Assembly: GCA_003559985.1 (NCBI GenBank)
Contig: PWJP01000241.1
Coordinates: forward strand, 1-37,171
DNA from: Saprospirales bacterium
GTDB taxonomy: Bacteria > Bacteroidota > Bacteroidia > Chitinophagales > Saprospiraceae
Length of the DNA stretch: 37,171 nt
Reading direction: 5' to 3'
Shown: piece after piece, positions 1 to 7,903 of the stretch
Position numbering within the stretch: position 1 is the stretch's first letter
Layout: every line of letters starts with the position of its first letter
Program-made: the position numbers and the translations under genes
Notes under the pieces: model-generated
The model's input: only the letters and a program-made list of their open reading frames with translations
Told to the model about the DNA's origin: nothing
Database searches by the model: none

Positions 1-44
1 CCACTGTGCTTAGCAACGCTGTTAATTAAATCTCCTTTGTTCAT
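1..44 (-). CDS. 5' end (first 14 codons) of an HU/IHF-family DNA-binding protein; the gene continues off the left edge
   Basis: The reverse complement of 1-44 reads ATG AAC AAA GGA GAT TTA ATT AAC AGC GTT GCT AAG CAC AGT, giving MNKGDLINSVAKHS. This is the typical HU N-terminus pattern (MNK.eLi..ia). A promoter-like TTG-N20-TACATTTG lies 40 nt upstream on the same strand. Only 14 residues are visible, so the call is tentative. Confidence 0.5.
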   Translation of the reverse strand, partial: MNKGDLINSVAKHS

Positions 45-83
45 TTCAACAAGTTTTAATTACTTAAATGAATTAATTTGCTG

Positions 84-114
84 CAAATGTATGTTTAATC
101 AACCGAACGGACAA
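84..114 (-). promoter_or_regulatory. Bacteroidota-type promoter (-33 TTG, -7 TACATTTG) for the HU-like gene
   Basis: The plus strand has CAAATGTA at 84-91 (TACATTTG on the minus strand, matching TAnnTTTG). CAA at 112-114 gives TTG on the minus strand with a 20-nt spacer. The box lies about 40 nt upstream of the ATG at 44. Confidence 0.45.
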
Positions 115-124
115 ACTTTTTCTG

Positions 125-169
125 AAAAAAAAGTGGCTGAAACTATTGTCCTTTCTGCATTTCAGCTAC
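125..169 (-). terminator. Rho-independent terminator oriented on the minus strand
   Basis: A 10-bp stem pairs 133-142 with 160-169 (GTGGCTGAAA / TTTCAGCTAC, one G-U pair) around a 17-nt loop. Read on the minus strand, it is followed immediately by T8 (plus-strand A8 at 125-132). Confidence 0.55.
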
Positions 170-231
170 CTTTATGGTCAGAGCTTATGAATAGTAATAT
201 TTAATAACACAATCAAATAATTGATAGTCAG

Positions 232-414
232 ATGATTAAGTATATGAAGCTTCGATATTTGTTAGGTTTGATGCTGCTTGGAGGATTTTTGACTTTTTCT
301 TCTTCTTGCAGTACAAAAACCGGTTGCCCAATGAATGAACAGGTAGAAGTTGACCTGGATGACCCCAAACACGAACGCAATCGTGCGCGCAGTGGATTGT
401 TTCCAAGACGATAA
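232..414 (+). CDS. Small hypothetical lipoprotein (60 aa; an alternative start at 244 gives MKLRYLL...)
   Basis: The ORF has a signal peptide and a lipobox-like Cys (LLGGFLTFSSSC), followed by a charged tail ending in RARSGLFPRR. A near-consensus -7 box, TACCTTTA, lies at 167-174. I do not recognise a family. Confidence 0.4.
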   Translation: MIKYMKLRYLLGLMLLGGFLTFSSSCSTKTGCPMNEQVEVDLDDPKHERNRARSGLFPRR

Positions 415-467
415 TTGTATCCTTTTTTGCTCCCTGCTAAGGAATTAATTGATGCAATATTAAGCTG

Positions 468-1721
468 TCAATTCACCATCTCTATGCCTGTGGATTTTTG
501 CCGGGAAATATAATCTCCCAGAGAATTCATAGATAGTATGACTGCAAAAATGGCCATTCCCGGAAATACGGCCAGCCACCAGGCCTTGAAGTACAATCTC
601 GCCTCATTTAGCATGGAGCCCCAACTCACCTGCTCAGCTGAAAATCCTATTCCCAAAAAGGACAATGTGGACTCCGCCAGTATGGCAGAACTCACTCCAA
701 ATGCTGCCGCCACTGCTATTGGAGGGATGGCGAGGGGCATTATTTCTCTGAAAATGATGTAATTGTTGCTACGCCGGAGCAGGCGAGCAGCTTGAACAAA
801 CTCCTGTTCTCGAAGACTCAAAAATTCTGCCCTGGTGTAACGCGCAAATGCCGGCCACATGAGAAGTGAGATTATCAGCGACATCTGTAGAATACCCGGA
901 CTTTCAATAATGGCAAGCAGGGCCAGAAGAATAAATAAAGATGGTACTGCCCTGAAGATTTCAATGAGCCTTAGTAGCATGAGGTCCAGTGGTATTCCCA
1001 TCGTTCGGGAAATCCGGAAGCTGGAGAGATATGCTCTTAACCTTGTTTTGACGGTAGAGGACCACAAATAAACAAGTACCGCACTGCCCAGTAACCATGC
1101 TCCGAAATAAAGCCAACTTCCGCCGTAGTCGAGTTGCAAGTATAACAGGTATAAACCCACCGATAAAATGATTGCGCCCCCGGCAATCTCCAGTTTATTT
1201 AACCTCCAGCCCCGGTCACCGAAGTAACCGGCTGCCGCACCAAACAGCACCCCAACCAGCATTGCTGCCAAAACAGAAACCAATCCTATAATGAGTGCCA
1301 CCCGGCTTCCGTGGATTAAACCAGCCAGGACGTCTCGTCCCATTCCATCTGTCCCCAACCAGTGCCGGTATCTCAGGCTGCTTATATTTTGTGGACCCAG
1401 CGGACTTTTGTAACCTGCATTGGCTCTGTCAATGGTCTGAGGGCTGTAGGGAATTGGAGCACGAATTACCGATTCCATTTCCTCCTTTTTGCTCAAATAA
1501 TATATGCGCGGACTGGATTGACCGCTCACCTTTGAAAGGGTTTCTCTGAAAGCAGGAAAATGTCTCTGGCCGTCTATTTTGCAGGTCAAGGGCAATTCGT
1601 TGGCGAGCTGGTCGGCAAAAAGGGCGGTAAAGAGCCATATGAGGCATATCCCCAGAGTCAGGGATGCCGGCATTTTTACCTTTCCCCGGTTTTTTCCCCT
1701 ATTTTGAAATACCTCAATCAT
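468..1721 (-). CDS. ABC transporter permease, DppC/OppC type, with an extra hydrophobic insertion
   Basis: Motifs seen: HWLGTDGMGRDVLAGLIHGSR, and the EAA-loop region FVQAARLLRRSNNYIIFREIMPLAIPP. The gene overlaps the upstream permease gene by 8 nt (1714-1721). Confidence 0.9.
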   Translation of the reverse strand: MIEVFQNRGKNRGKVKMPASLTLGICLIWLFTALFADQLANELPLTCKIDGQRHFPAFRETLSKVSGQSSPRIYYLSKKEEMESVIRAPIPYSPQTIDRANAGYKSPLGPQNISSLRYRHWLGTDGMGRDVLAGLIHGSRVALIIGLVSVLAAMLVGVLFGAAAGYFGDRGWRLNKLEIAGGAIILSVGLYLLYLQLDYGGSWLYFGAWLLGSAVLVYLWSSTVKTRLRAYLSSFRISRTMGIPLDLMLLRLIEIFRAVPSLFILLALLAIIESPGILQMSLIISLLMWPAFARYTRAEFLSLREQEFVQAARLLRRSNNYIIFREIMPLAIPPIAVAAAFGVSSAILAESTLSFLGIGFSAEQVSWGSMLNEARLYFKAWWLAVFPGMAIFAVILSMNSLGDYISRQKSTGIEMVN

Positions 1722-3117
1722 ACCTGACTTTTGGATTTGCCCTGGCGTATAGTATGTCAGCGATTAACTGTCCTACCAATGTAAGAATAGCTCCAATCAT
1801 CAGAATTGCAAAAACCACATTCCAATCCTGTCCGAATATGGAATCCCACATCAGCCTGCCCATACCGGGTATATTAAAGATAACCTCAATCACCACCGAG
1901 CCGGAAATCAAACCCGGAATCAGCGCCCCCAACAAGGTTATAAGTGGAAAAACTGCATTGGGAAAAAGGTGTTTCCAAATGGTAGCGGACTCGCTGTTTC
2001 CCTTCAAACGCGACATGGTAATGTAACGGGCGGTATTTTCCCTCAGTGCCGTTTGTTCCATTTGACGGGCGACAAAAGCCACTCCACCGGAAGCCAGACA
2101 AAGTACGGGCAGGAGCAAGTAACTCAATCCCTGAAAAAAACCAGCATCACCGTCCATGGTGTGCAGCATTATCTGACTCGGAGAGGGGAAAAGATTGGTC
2201 CACTTTCCGTATTCTTCTGTGGTAAAAAAGACCACCAACAGGGTGGCTAGCCAGAAGAGCGGTACCGCGTATAGTGCATAAACCAGTTTTCTCAATATCT
2301 CCTTCCATCTTTTACGCTTACTTGTGGCGAGAAACATTCCCAGAGGGATTCCGGCAGCAAAGGTGAGCAACAGACTGAAAAAGGAGATGCTCAGGGTGTA
2401 GCCGATTGAGTTGCGAATTTTTGAACCCACCGAACGCCCGTCTCTGAGCGAGTAGCCCCAATCTCCCGAAAGTATCCCCGCCAGCCAGTTGTGGTATTGG
2501 TTTTGGGTGCCGTGCCAGCTCAATTTGGGAAGCCACCAACTAAATGTACGTTCAACAGATCCTATTTTATCAGCATATTTCCACCAATCTTCTGCAAAAG
2601 GTCGAAAGCCACACTGTTCATCTGGCATAAAAAGGAGTGCATTGTCTGTTATTTCTGCAATTTCTGCCTTCGAGCTCGCTCTGTTGATTTGGTGTTCAAA
2701 GTCGGCCCAGAAGGTTGCTGTATCACATTCATCCAGGTGTAATCGGATAGCTCTACTCAATGCTTTTCCCGCTTCGAAATAACTGCGAACCAATTCAGGC
2801 TTGCCGGTTTCATACATCAGATTTTTGATGTTATTGCGAAAAGCAGGTCGCTCAATGTCCCGGAGGTTGGCTTCTCTGGCACGGGGATGCAGGCTGAAGT
2901 AAAACAGGGGTTTATCCAGCCCCAGATGCCGGTAGGTCCGCTGATAGTTGGTCATGGCGCCCCGGTCGAAATGCTCATCTCCTTCGATGCTCAAAATACC
3001 GGTGAGACGTTCTGCAGGATCTCCGGGTATGGTTTTGCTCAAGAAAAAAACCGCCAGGCTTATGACAAAAAGTGTCGGCAGGAACAACAAAACCCTTTTC
3101 AGCAGATAATTCCTCAT
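1714..3117 (-). CDS. ABC transporter permease, DppB/OppB type, with a long extracytoplasmic insertion
   Basis: The N-terminus MRNYLLKRVLLFLPTLFVISLAVFFLSKTIPGDPAE is the canonical DppB/OppB start. LGLDKPLFYF and a C-terminal ADILYARANPKVRY are also typical. At 467 aa it is clearly longer than usual for this family. Confidence 0.9.
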   Translation of the reverse strand: MRNYLLKRVLLFLPTLFVISLAVFFLSKTIPGDPAERLTGILSIEGDEHFDRGAMTNYQRTYRHLGLDKPLFYFSLHPRAREANLRDIERPAFRNNIKNLMYETGKPELVRSYFEAGKALSRAIRLHLDECDTATFWADFEHQINRASSKAEIAEITDNALLFMPDEQCGFRPFAEDWWKYADKIGSVERTFSWWLPKLSWHGTQNQYHNWLAGILSGDWGYSLRDGRSVGSKIRNSIGYTLSISFFSLLLTFAAGIPLGMFLATSKRKRWKEILRKLVYALYAVPLFWLATLLVVFFTTEEYGKWTNLFPSPSQIMLHTMDGDAGFFQGLSYLLLPVLCLASGGVAFVARQMEQTALRENTARYITMSRLKGNSESATIWKHLFPNAVFPLITLLGALIPGLISGSVVIEVIFNIPGMGRLMWDSIFGQDWNVVFAILMIGAILTLVGQLIADILYARANPKVRYD

Positions 3118-3158
3118 GGTCTTTTTACTTGGCTGAAGCCTTTACTGATCAAAGCTAC

Positions 3159-4937
3159 TCAAAATTCCACCTCCTTGAGTTGGGCCATTCCCTCAAAATC
3201 CCCCGGCCTTTTTGCGGAAGTAATTAGTTGAAGTCTGGAATTTACCACCACTCTCTCTGTAGGTGCTACCAGCATAATCACGGCTTGATCTTTGTAAATT
3301 AATTCCTGGACTTCGCGGTAGAGAGTCTTTAAAGTCTCAGGATTATCCTCCATCCTGATTTGAGACATAAGTGAATCAGCGACCGGGTTGGAATATAGAG
3401 AGAGGTTGTTGCCGTCAGGTGCCCTGGAGTCCGTATGCCAGTTTTGCTTTAGGTCGGGCAGTAGGAGACTTTGTCTCAAGACAAGAGGCGTCATTTGATA
3501 ATCTCTGTTCATCATATCCTCCCGTATCAATCTGAATTCCCGGGTTCTGATATTGAAATCCACACCTACTCGCTCTCCTGTTTCCTTCATTAAGAGTGCC
3601 AAATTTTGTCCAATTTCCCCCGACGATACATCAATGGTCAGTTGGAGGTCTCGGGGACCTGAATCTGTCTCCTTGTCCCGTATCCCGTCCCCATCCGTAT
3701 CAGTCCAGCCGGCAAGGGTGAGCAAGCTATCCGCTTTTGCAATACTGTATTCAATGGGTTGGAGTGAAGAATTGAATTCCTCCTTGTCGGGGTGAACCAC
3801 AGCGGGGGCAGGCACGGCAAAACCACCCATTATTTCATCGATCACAAAATCGAGGTCTGTCATATGTGCTAAAGCCCTTCTGACCTTTCTCTCGCTCAAT
3901 ATGGGGTCCTCATTGTTTAGGGCGAAGTAATATAGTTGGAATTGAGGGGGTGTGTGGAAATCAAAGCGATCAGCGTAGCTTTCATCGGTTTTCAATTCCT
4001 TGAAGTACCGGGGAGGCAGCTCACTGGCAATGTCAATGCTTCCATCCTTTAACCCGCTAAGTGTAACCGCTTCATCCGGGATGATGAGGTAGTGAATACG
4101 TGAAGGTCCCGGAGGGAAGATTTCCTCGCCCCACCAATCTTCCTTTCGCTCTAAGGTGATTTGCTGTCCTGATTCGAAGTTTACCAATTCATAAGGTCCG
4201 GCTCCTTTTACCATCTCTGAGCTGTATGTAGCTGATGTAAATAATTCGGCAAAAGAAGCAAGGGCGTTTTTCTCCCGCTCATCGAGAGAATCCTCATCGT
4301 AGTTGAAAAGTTGTTCCAAATCCAGGTGGCGCATCAACCCCCGCGGGTCGTATATGTGCTCAGGGTAAATGGGGAATCCGGCGGCCATTTCGATGCCGTG
4401 CATATAATCTGCATCCACCATCACAGTGAATTTTCGCTTGTTGTCCGGGTCAGTTTCCACCTTTCGGAGGTGTTGGAGAAAACCCCTCCAGCTTGATGCC
4501 GGCACCTGGGGATTCAGTGCTGCCTTCAGTGTGAAAACGTAGTCGTCTGCTACAACAGGTCTGCCATCCGACCACACTGCCAACTCTCTTATTTCAAAAG
4601 TGAATGCCCGGGTTTTGTGACCGTCAATTACTTCACCCTCCCCCACCTCCGGATGGTCTTTTGCCAACATGGGCACAAACTCCAGTGTTTCCGGATCGTG
4701 GTCGAGCAGATACATAAAAATATTGTTCTCAATTTGGCTGGCATAGCCGCTACGGGATAACATGGGATTGAGTCTTGTAGGATCTGCGGGAATGCGAACT
4801 CTCACTATTTCAGGAGTTGCGCCTTCACTTATTCCCTTTCTGTCTGCTGCCTCCGGTCCACATGATTGAAGTGGTGAAATTAGGGCCAAAGTCAAAACAG
4901 AGAGGAGTATGGTCTGTTGAATCCTGTTGAAAATCAT
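3159..4937 (-). CDS. ABC transporter substrate-binding lipoprotein, family 5 (peptide/nickel/oligosaccharide type)
   Basis: The length and composition fit SBP family 5. The internal Met at 4937 gives a clean lipoprotein signal, MIFNRIQQTILLSVLTLALISPLQSC. The longer track start at 4976 would place a -7 box (4954-4961) inside the ORF, so I prefer 4937. Confidence 0.85.
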   Translation of the reverse strand: MIFNRIQQTILLSVLTLALISPLQSCGPEAADRKGISEGATPEIVRVRIPADPTRLNPMLSRSGYASQIENNIFMYLLDHDPETLEFVPMLAKDHPEVGEGEVIDGHKTRAFTFEIRELAVWSDGRPVVADDYVFTLKAALNPQVPASSWRGFLQHLRKVETDPDNKRKFTVMVDADYMHGIEMAAGFPIYPEHIYDPRGLMRHLDLEQLFNYDEDSLDEREKNALASFAELFTSATYSSEMVKGAGPYELVNFESGQQITLERKEDWWGEEIFPPGPSRIHYLIIPDEAVTLSGLKDGSIDIASELPPRYFKELKTDESYADRFDFHTPPQFQLYYFALNNEDPILSERKVRRALAHMTDLDFVIDEIMGGFAVPAPAVVHPDKEEFNSSLQPIEYSIAKADSLLTLAGWTDTDGDGIRDKETDSGPRDLQLTIDVSSGEIGQNLALLMKETGERVGVDFNIRTREFRLIREDMMNRDYQMTPLVLRQSLLLPDLKQNWHTDSRAPDGNNLSLYSNPVADSLMSQIRMEDNPETLKTLYREVQELIYKDQAVIMLVAPTERVVVNSRLQLITSAKRPGDFEGMAQLKEVEF

Positions 4938-4953
4938 CGCTGTAGCATTTTCA

Positions 4954-4961
4954 CAAAAATA
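4954..4961 (-). promoter_or_regulatory. Candidate -7 box (TATTTTTG) for the ABC importer operon
   Basis: Plus-strand CAAAAATA at 4954-4961 gives TATTTTTG on the minus strand, 17 nt upstream of the ATG at 4937. I found no convincing -33 TTG. Confidence 0.3.
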
Positions 4962-5135
4962 GGAATAATATAACAACCCGCTTTGGATAGTGGGTTAATT
5001 TGGTCACTATATCCAACAATTATGGAGCTGAAACAGAATTTTGCCTATCAGACATTTCACTTGCCTTTATGAAGTACTTATCGCAACAATTGCGCCTCAT
5101 TAATGCTTACTAACTGTAAACCAATTTACAACAAC

Positions 5136-6056
5136 ATGTCACTAGAGGGAAAAAGTGTACTTATCGCAGGCGGTACCGGCCTTATCGGAACCCATTTATC
5201 GAGCTACCTGACTGACCTTGGAGTGAAAGTCTCGCATTTGAGTAGAAGCAAGCAGTCAAAAAGTCCATATACCACTTACACCTGGAATCCCGCAGAACAC
5301 AAAATGGATACAGAGGCACTCAAAGGAGTTGATTACATCATAAACCTGGCAGGAGCGGGAGTTGCCGATGGCAGGTGGACTCGCGCCCGAAAAAAACTCA
5401 TTCTCCAAAGCAGGCTCGACAGTGCCGCTACCTTTGAAAAGCACCTCGCTGAAACCGGGGTCAAACCCATTGCCTATTTATCTGCCTCTGCAGTTGGTTA
5501 CTACGGAGATAGAGGCGAGGATTTACTGACCGAAGAATCAAAGCCCGGAACAGGTTTTCTCTCCGAAACTACCGTTTCATGGGAAAAAGCTGCAGATGCC
5601 ATGGAGAAATACTGTCCTGTATATAAGGTGCGGATCGGTTTGGTGTTGAGTACCCGAGGAGGTGCTCTGCCCAATATGGCCAATCCCCAAAAACTGGGTG
5701 TGGGCGCACTGATGGGCAGTGGCAAACAGTTTTATCCCTGGATACATATTCACGATTTGGCGCGCATTTTTGAATATTTGATGGAAAACCGGAACCTGAA
5801 TGGGGTAGTAAACGGCACGGCACCGGTACCTGTGCGACAGACTGACCTGGTGGATGCCATTAAAAAGGGTATGAACCGCCCTGCCCTTAAGTTACCGGCT
5901 CCTTCTTTTGTATTGAAAACGATGTTGGGCGAAATGGCCACTGCCGTATTGGATAGTACAAGGGCAGTTCCTGAGAGACTCAATAAAGCCGGTTTTGAGT
6001 TCCAGCATGCAGAAATTGTTGAAGCGCTCAGACACCTCAAAGAGAACAAGATTTGA
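5136..6056 (+). CDS. TIGR01777/YfcH-type epimerase-family protein (NAD(P)-binding Rossmann domain plus DUF1731-like C-terminus)
   Basis: Motifs seen: KSVLIAGGTGLIGTHL (GxxGxxG), YYGDRGEDLLTEES, MGSGKQFYPWIHIHDLARIF, and a C-terminal ERLNKAGFEFQH. The ATG at 5136 gives the usual short N-terminus; the track start at 5103 is also possible. Confidence 0.85.
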   Translation: MSLEGKSVLIAGGTGLIGTHLSSYLTDLGVKVSHLSRSKQSKSPYTTYTWNPAEHKMDTEALKGVDYIINLAGAGVADGRWTRARKKLILQSRLDSAATFEKHLAETGVKPIAYLSASAVGYYGDRGEDLLTEESKPGTGFLSETTVSWEKAADAMEKYCPVYKVRIGLVLSTRGGALPNMANPQKLGVGALMGSGKQFYPWIHIHDLARIFEYLMENRNLNGVVNGTAPVPVRQTDLVDAIKKGMNRPALKLPAPSFVLKTMLGEMATAVLDSTRAVPERLNKAGFEFQHAEIVEALRHLKENKI

Positions 6057-6161
6057 AATTTGGTTTTGAAGTAAAATTAATGCCTGAAAAATACAGAACA
6101 TGTATTCATTCGAGAGTAAAGGTGAACCAGAGGTCAAAATTCCTTTTGGAGACCGTTGGCA

Positions 6162-6395
6162 TTATATGAAATCCAGTTCTTCCCATTCCGGTTCCAACAT
6201 CATCCGGCTGCGCATACAGATGTTGAAGGGATTATCAAGGACCTTTTGATCTTCAGAATATTCCTTGTTGTCACCATCGCTATTGTCTTCCAAAAAGAAG
6301 AAATCCACACCATCCAGAACCGACAATTGAAAGTAGGGCTTCAGCATAATCAGGCATTTTATGGTTAGCAATGAATCCGGTGGCAATTTAAGCAT
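6162..6395 (-). CDS. Hypothetical small acidic protein (77 aa)
   Basis: An ATG-initiated ORF ending in ...EPEWEELDFI. A -7 box (TATTTTTG on the minus strand, plus coordinates 6436-6443) lies about 40 nt upstream. A weak AT-rich hairpin (AATACA/TGTATT, 6090-6106) lies about 55 nt downstream. I recognise no family, and the competing + strand ORF 6156-6368 has a non-ATG start. Confidence 0.35.
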   Translation of the reverse strand: MLKLPPDSLLTIKCLIMLKPYFQLSVLDGVDFFFLEDNSDGDNKEYSEDQKVLDNPFNICMRSRMMLEPEWEELDFI

Positions 6396-6743
6396 TTCAG
6401 CTAATTCAAGCCAACAAATCTTATAATATTTTGTACAAAAATATAGGTGGAATATTTAGCCGGGGTTAATGCCGTGTTATTAACCAATTAATATTGTCTG
6501 GAGTCTTTGAAAACACTTTTCACAGTACTACTGGAAGTTCTTCATCGATGGATAGGAAACCCCTGTTTTTTAAATAATATTCTGTGAAGTGTTGACAATC
6601 AGATTTAGAAAAGCTCACGATGTTTATTCTGATTAACCATTTTGGGGACCGCAGGCTGGTTAAAGGTTTTTTGCAATTAGAAGGAAACGCCCCGCACCAT
6701 TTAAATTCCCGGAAAAATACTGTGAAAAAGCTCAGCTAAGTAT

Positions 6744-6751
6744 TACCTTTG
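6744..6751 (+). promoter_or_regulatory. Candidate -7 box (TACCTTTG) for the baeRF-like gene
   Basis: An exact TAnnTTTG match 38 nt upstream of the ATG at 6789. No clear -33 TTG is present. Confidence 0.35.
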
Positions 6752-6788
6752 GGGCCTTTTTAGGAAAAGCGACAAAAATTATCAAGTC

Positions 6789-7859
6789 ATGATAGAAAAA
6801 ACATTGAAGGAGATTAAGGATGTGTTGGAGTATCCGAGTGTGACCATTTTGATGAAAACGCACCGCACACATCCCGAGAACAAAAAGGATTCAACCCGTT
6901 TGAGAAATCTGTTGAGAGAAGCTGAAAACAGGCTTTTGGGTGATTTCAACAAGCGTGAGATTGATGAGGTTTTGAAAAACCTCCAAAAATACGAGGATGG
7001 ATTTGACCACAACCTCAACCTTGACAGCCTGGTGTTATTTGTGAATTCCGATACAGCCAGGCATGTCAGACTTCCGATTGAAGTCGAGGATCGTGTGATT
7101 ATAGACAAGAACTTCGCCACCAGAGACCTGGTCAGGGCCCTTCACAAGGAAGAGCACTATTACATTTTGCGACTCAGTCAGAACAGTGTTAATCTCTTTG
7201 AAGCTTACAGCGATCGTCCGGTTAGAGAGGTGAAAGAGGGCGAATTCCCCATGGAAAATGAATTGTACAATACTGATACGCTCAAGCGATCCATGGCTGC
7301 CAAAGAGGACAACATGAGCAGGGAGTTTTTCAACAGAGTCGATAAGGCTTTTCAAAAATTGCACAATGAAGACCCACTGGGTGTAGTGCTGGTCGGAGTG
7401 GACCGGAATCTCTCCTTTTTTAGAGAAGTGATGGACAATAGCAGTATGGTCATGGGTTCCCTTATGAAAAACCTGGATCACAAAACTGCTTATCAAGTGG
7501 TAAAAGAAGTATGGCCAGTTGCCCAGGAGGGAATCATAGAGAGGCGAAAAGAAGCTTTGGACAGACTGGGAACTGCAGTGGGTCAAAACAAATTTTCCAC
7601 AGATCTCAACGATATCTGGAAGATGGTCAATCAGGGAAGAGGCGATCTATTGCTAGTGGAAAACGATTACTTCCAACCGGCTAAGTTGACGGATGATGAT
7701 CGCTTGAAGTTGATGGAAGATCAAACGGAACCCGGGGTAATTGACGACATCGTTGATGAAATAATAGAAAGACACCTCAGTAAAGGAGGCACTATTACTT
7801 TTATGGACAACGGTCAGTTGAAAGACCATCAGGGAATTGCCCTTGTATTGAGATATTGA
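6789..7859 (+). CDS. eRF1/Pelota-like protein of the bacterial 'archaeo-eukaryotic release factor' (baeRF) type; function unknown
   Basis: The N-terminal segment reads PSVTILMKTHRTHPENKKDSTRLRNLLREAENRL. A central HYYILRLSQNSVNLFEA follows. The C-terminal segment LGTAVGQNKFSTDLNDIWKMVNQGRGDLLLVENDY...DDIVDEIIERHLSKGGTITFM...HQGIALVLRY matches the pattern I know from eRF1 domain-3-like bacterial families. No GGQ motif is present. Confidence 0.6.
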   Translation: MIEKTLKEIKDVLEYPSVTILMKTHRTHPENKKDSTRLRNLLREAENRLLGDFNKREIDEVLKNLQKYEDGFDHNLNLDSLVLFVNSDTARHVRLPIEVEDRVIIDKNFATRDLVRALHKEEHYYILRLSQNSVNLFEAYSDRPVREVKEGEFPMENELYNTDTLKRSMAAKEDNMSREFFNRVDKAFQKLHNEDPLGVVLVGVDRNLSFFREVMDNSSMVMGSLMKNLDHKTAYQVVKEVWPVAQEGIIERRKEALDRLGTAVGQNKFSTDLNDIWKMVNQGRGDLLLVENDYFQPAKLTDDDRLKLMEDQTEPGVIDDIVDEIIERHLSKGGTITFMDNGQLKDHQGIALVLRY

Positions 7860-7903
7860 TTACTGAGAATTTTAAACCAATCCCTCTGTAAGAGGAAAGA
7901 TAC

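Noticed and set aside
124-136. The motif A7-GTGG occurs at 125-136 and again at 13052-13062.
   Set aside because: An 11-mer dominated by a homopolymer run is expected to recur many times in 37 kb. The flanks show no similarity.
6156-6368. A + strand 70-aa ORF overlapping the 6162-6395 minus-strand ORF.
   Set aside because: It has a non-ATG start and no -7 box upstream, and it would sit immediately after the epimerase-family gene without signals. The minus-strand alternative has an ATG, a -7 box and a downstream hairpin. Both remain low confidence.
6620-6739. A 39-aa basic + strand ORF (MFILINHFGDRRLVKGFLQLEGNAPHHLNSRKNTVKKLS) in the spacer upstream of the baeRF-like gene. A 31-aa ORF at 32824-32919 is similar.
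   Set aside because: They are too short to judge and I saw no promoter box in front of either. One spans a terminator-like hairpin. They are indistinguishable from chance ORFs without conservation data.
7035-7586. A 183-aa minus-strand ORF inside the baeRF-like gene. Similar long antisense ORFs occur at 17072-17701 (+), 19540-20241 (+), 20039-20500 (+) and 27480-28190 (-).
   Set aside because: In each case the opposite strand encodes a protein with clear family motifs (baeRF-like, M29 aminopeptidase, HflX/LytM, ApbE). The antisense products have no recognisable features and have odd composition.
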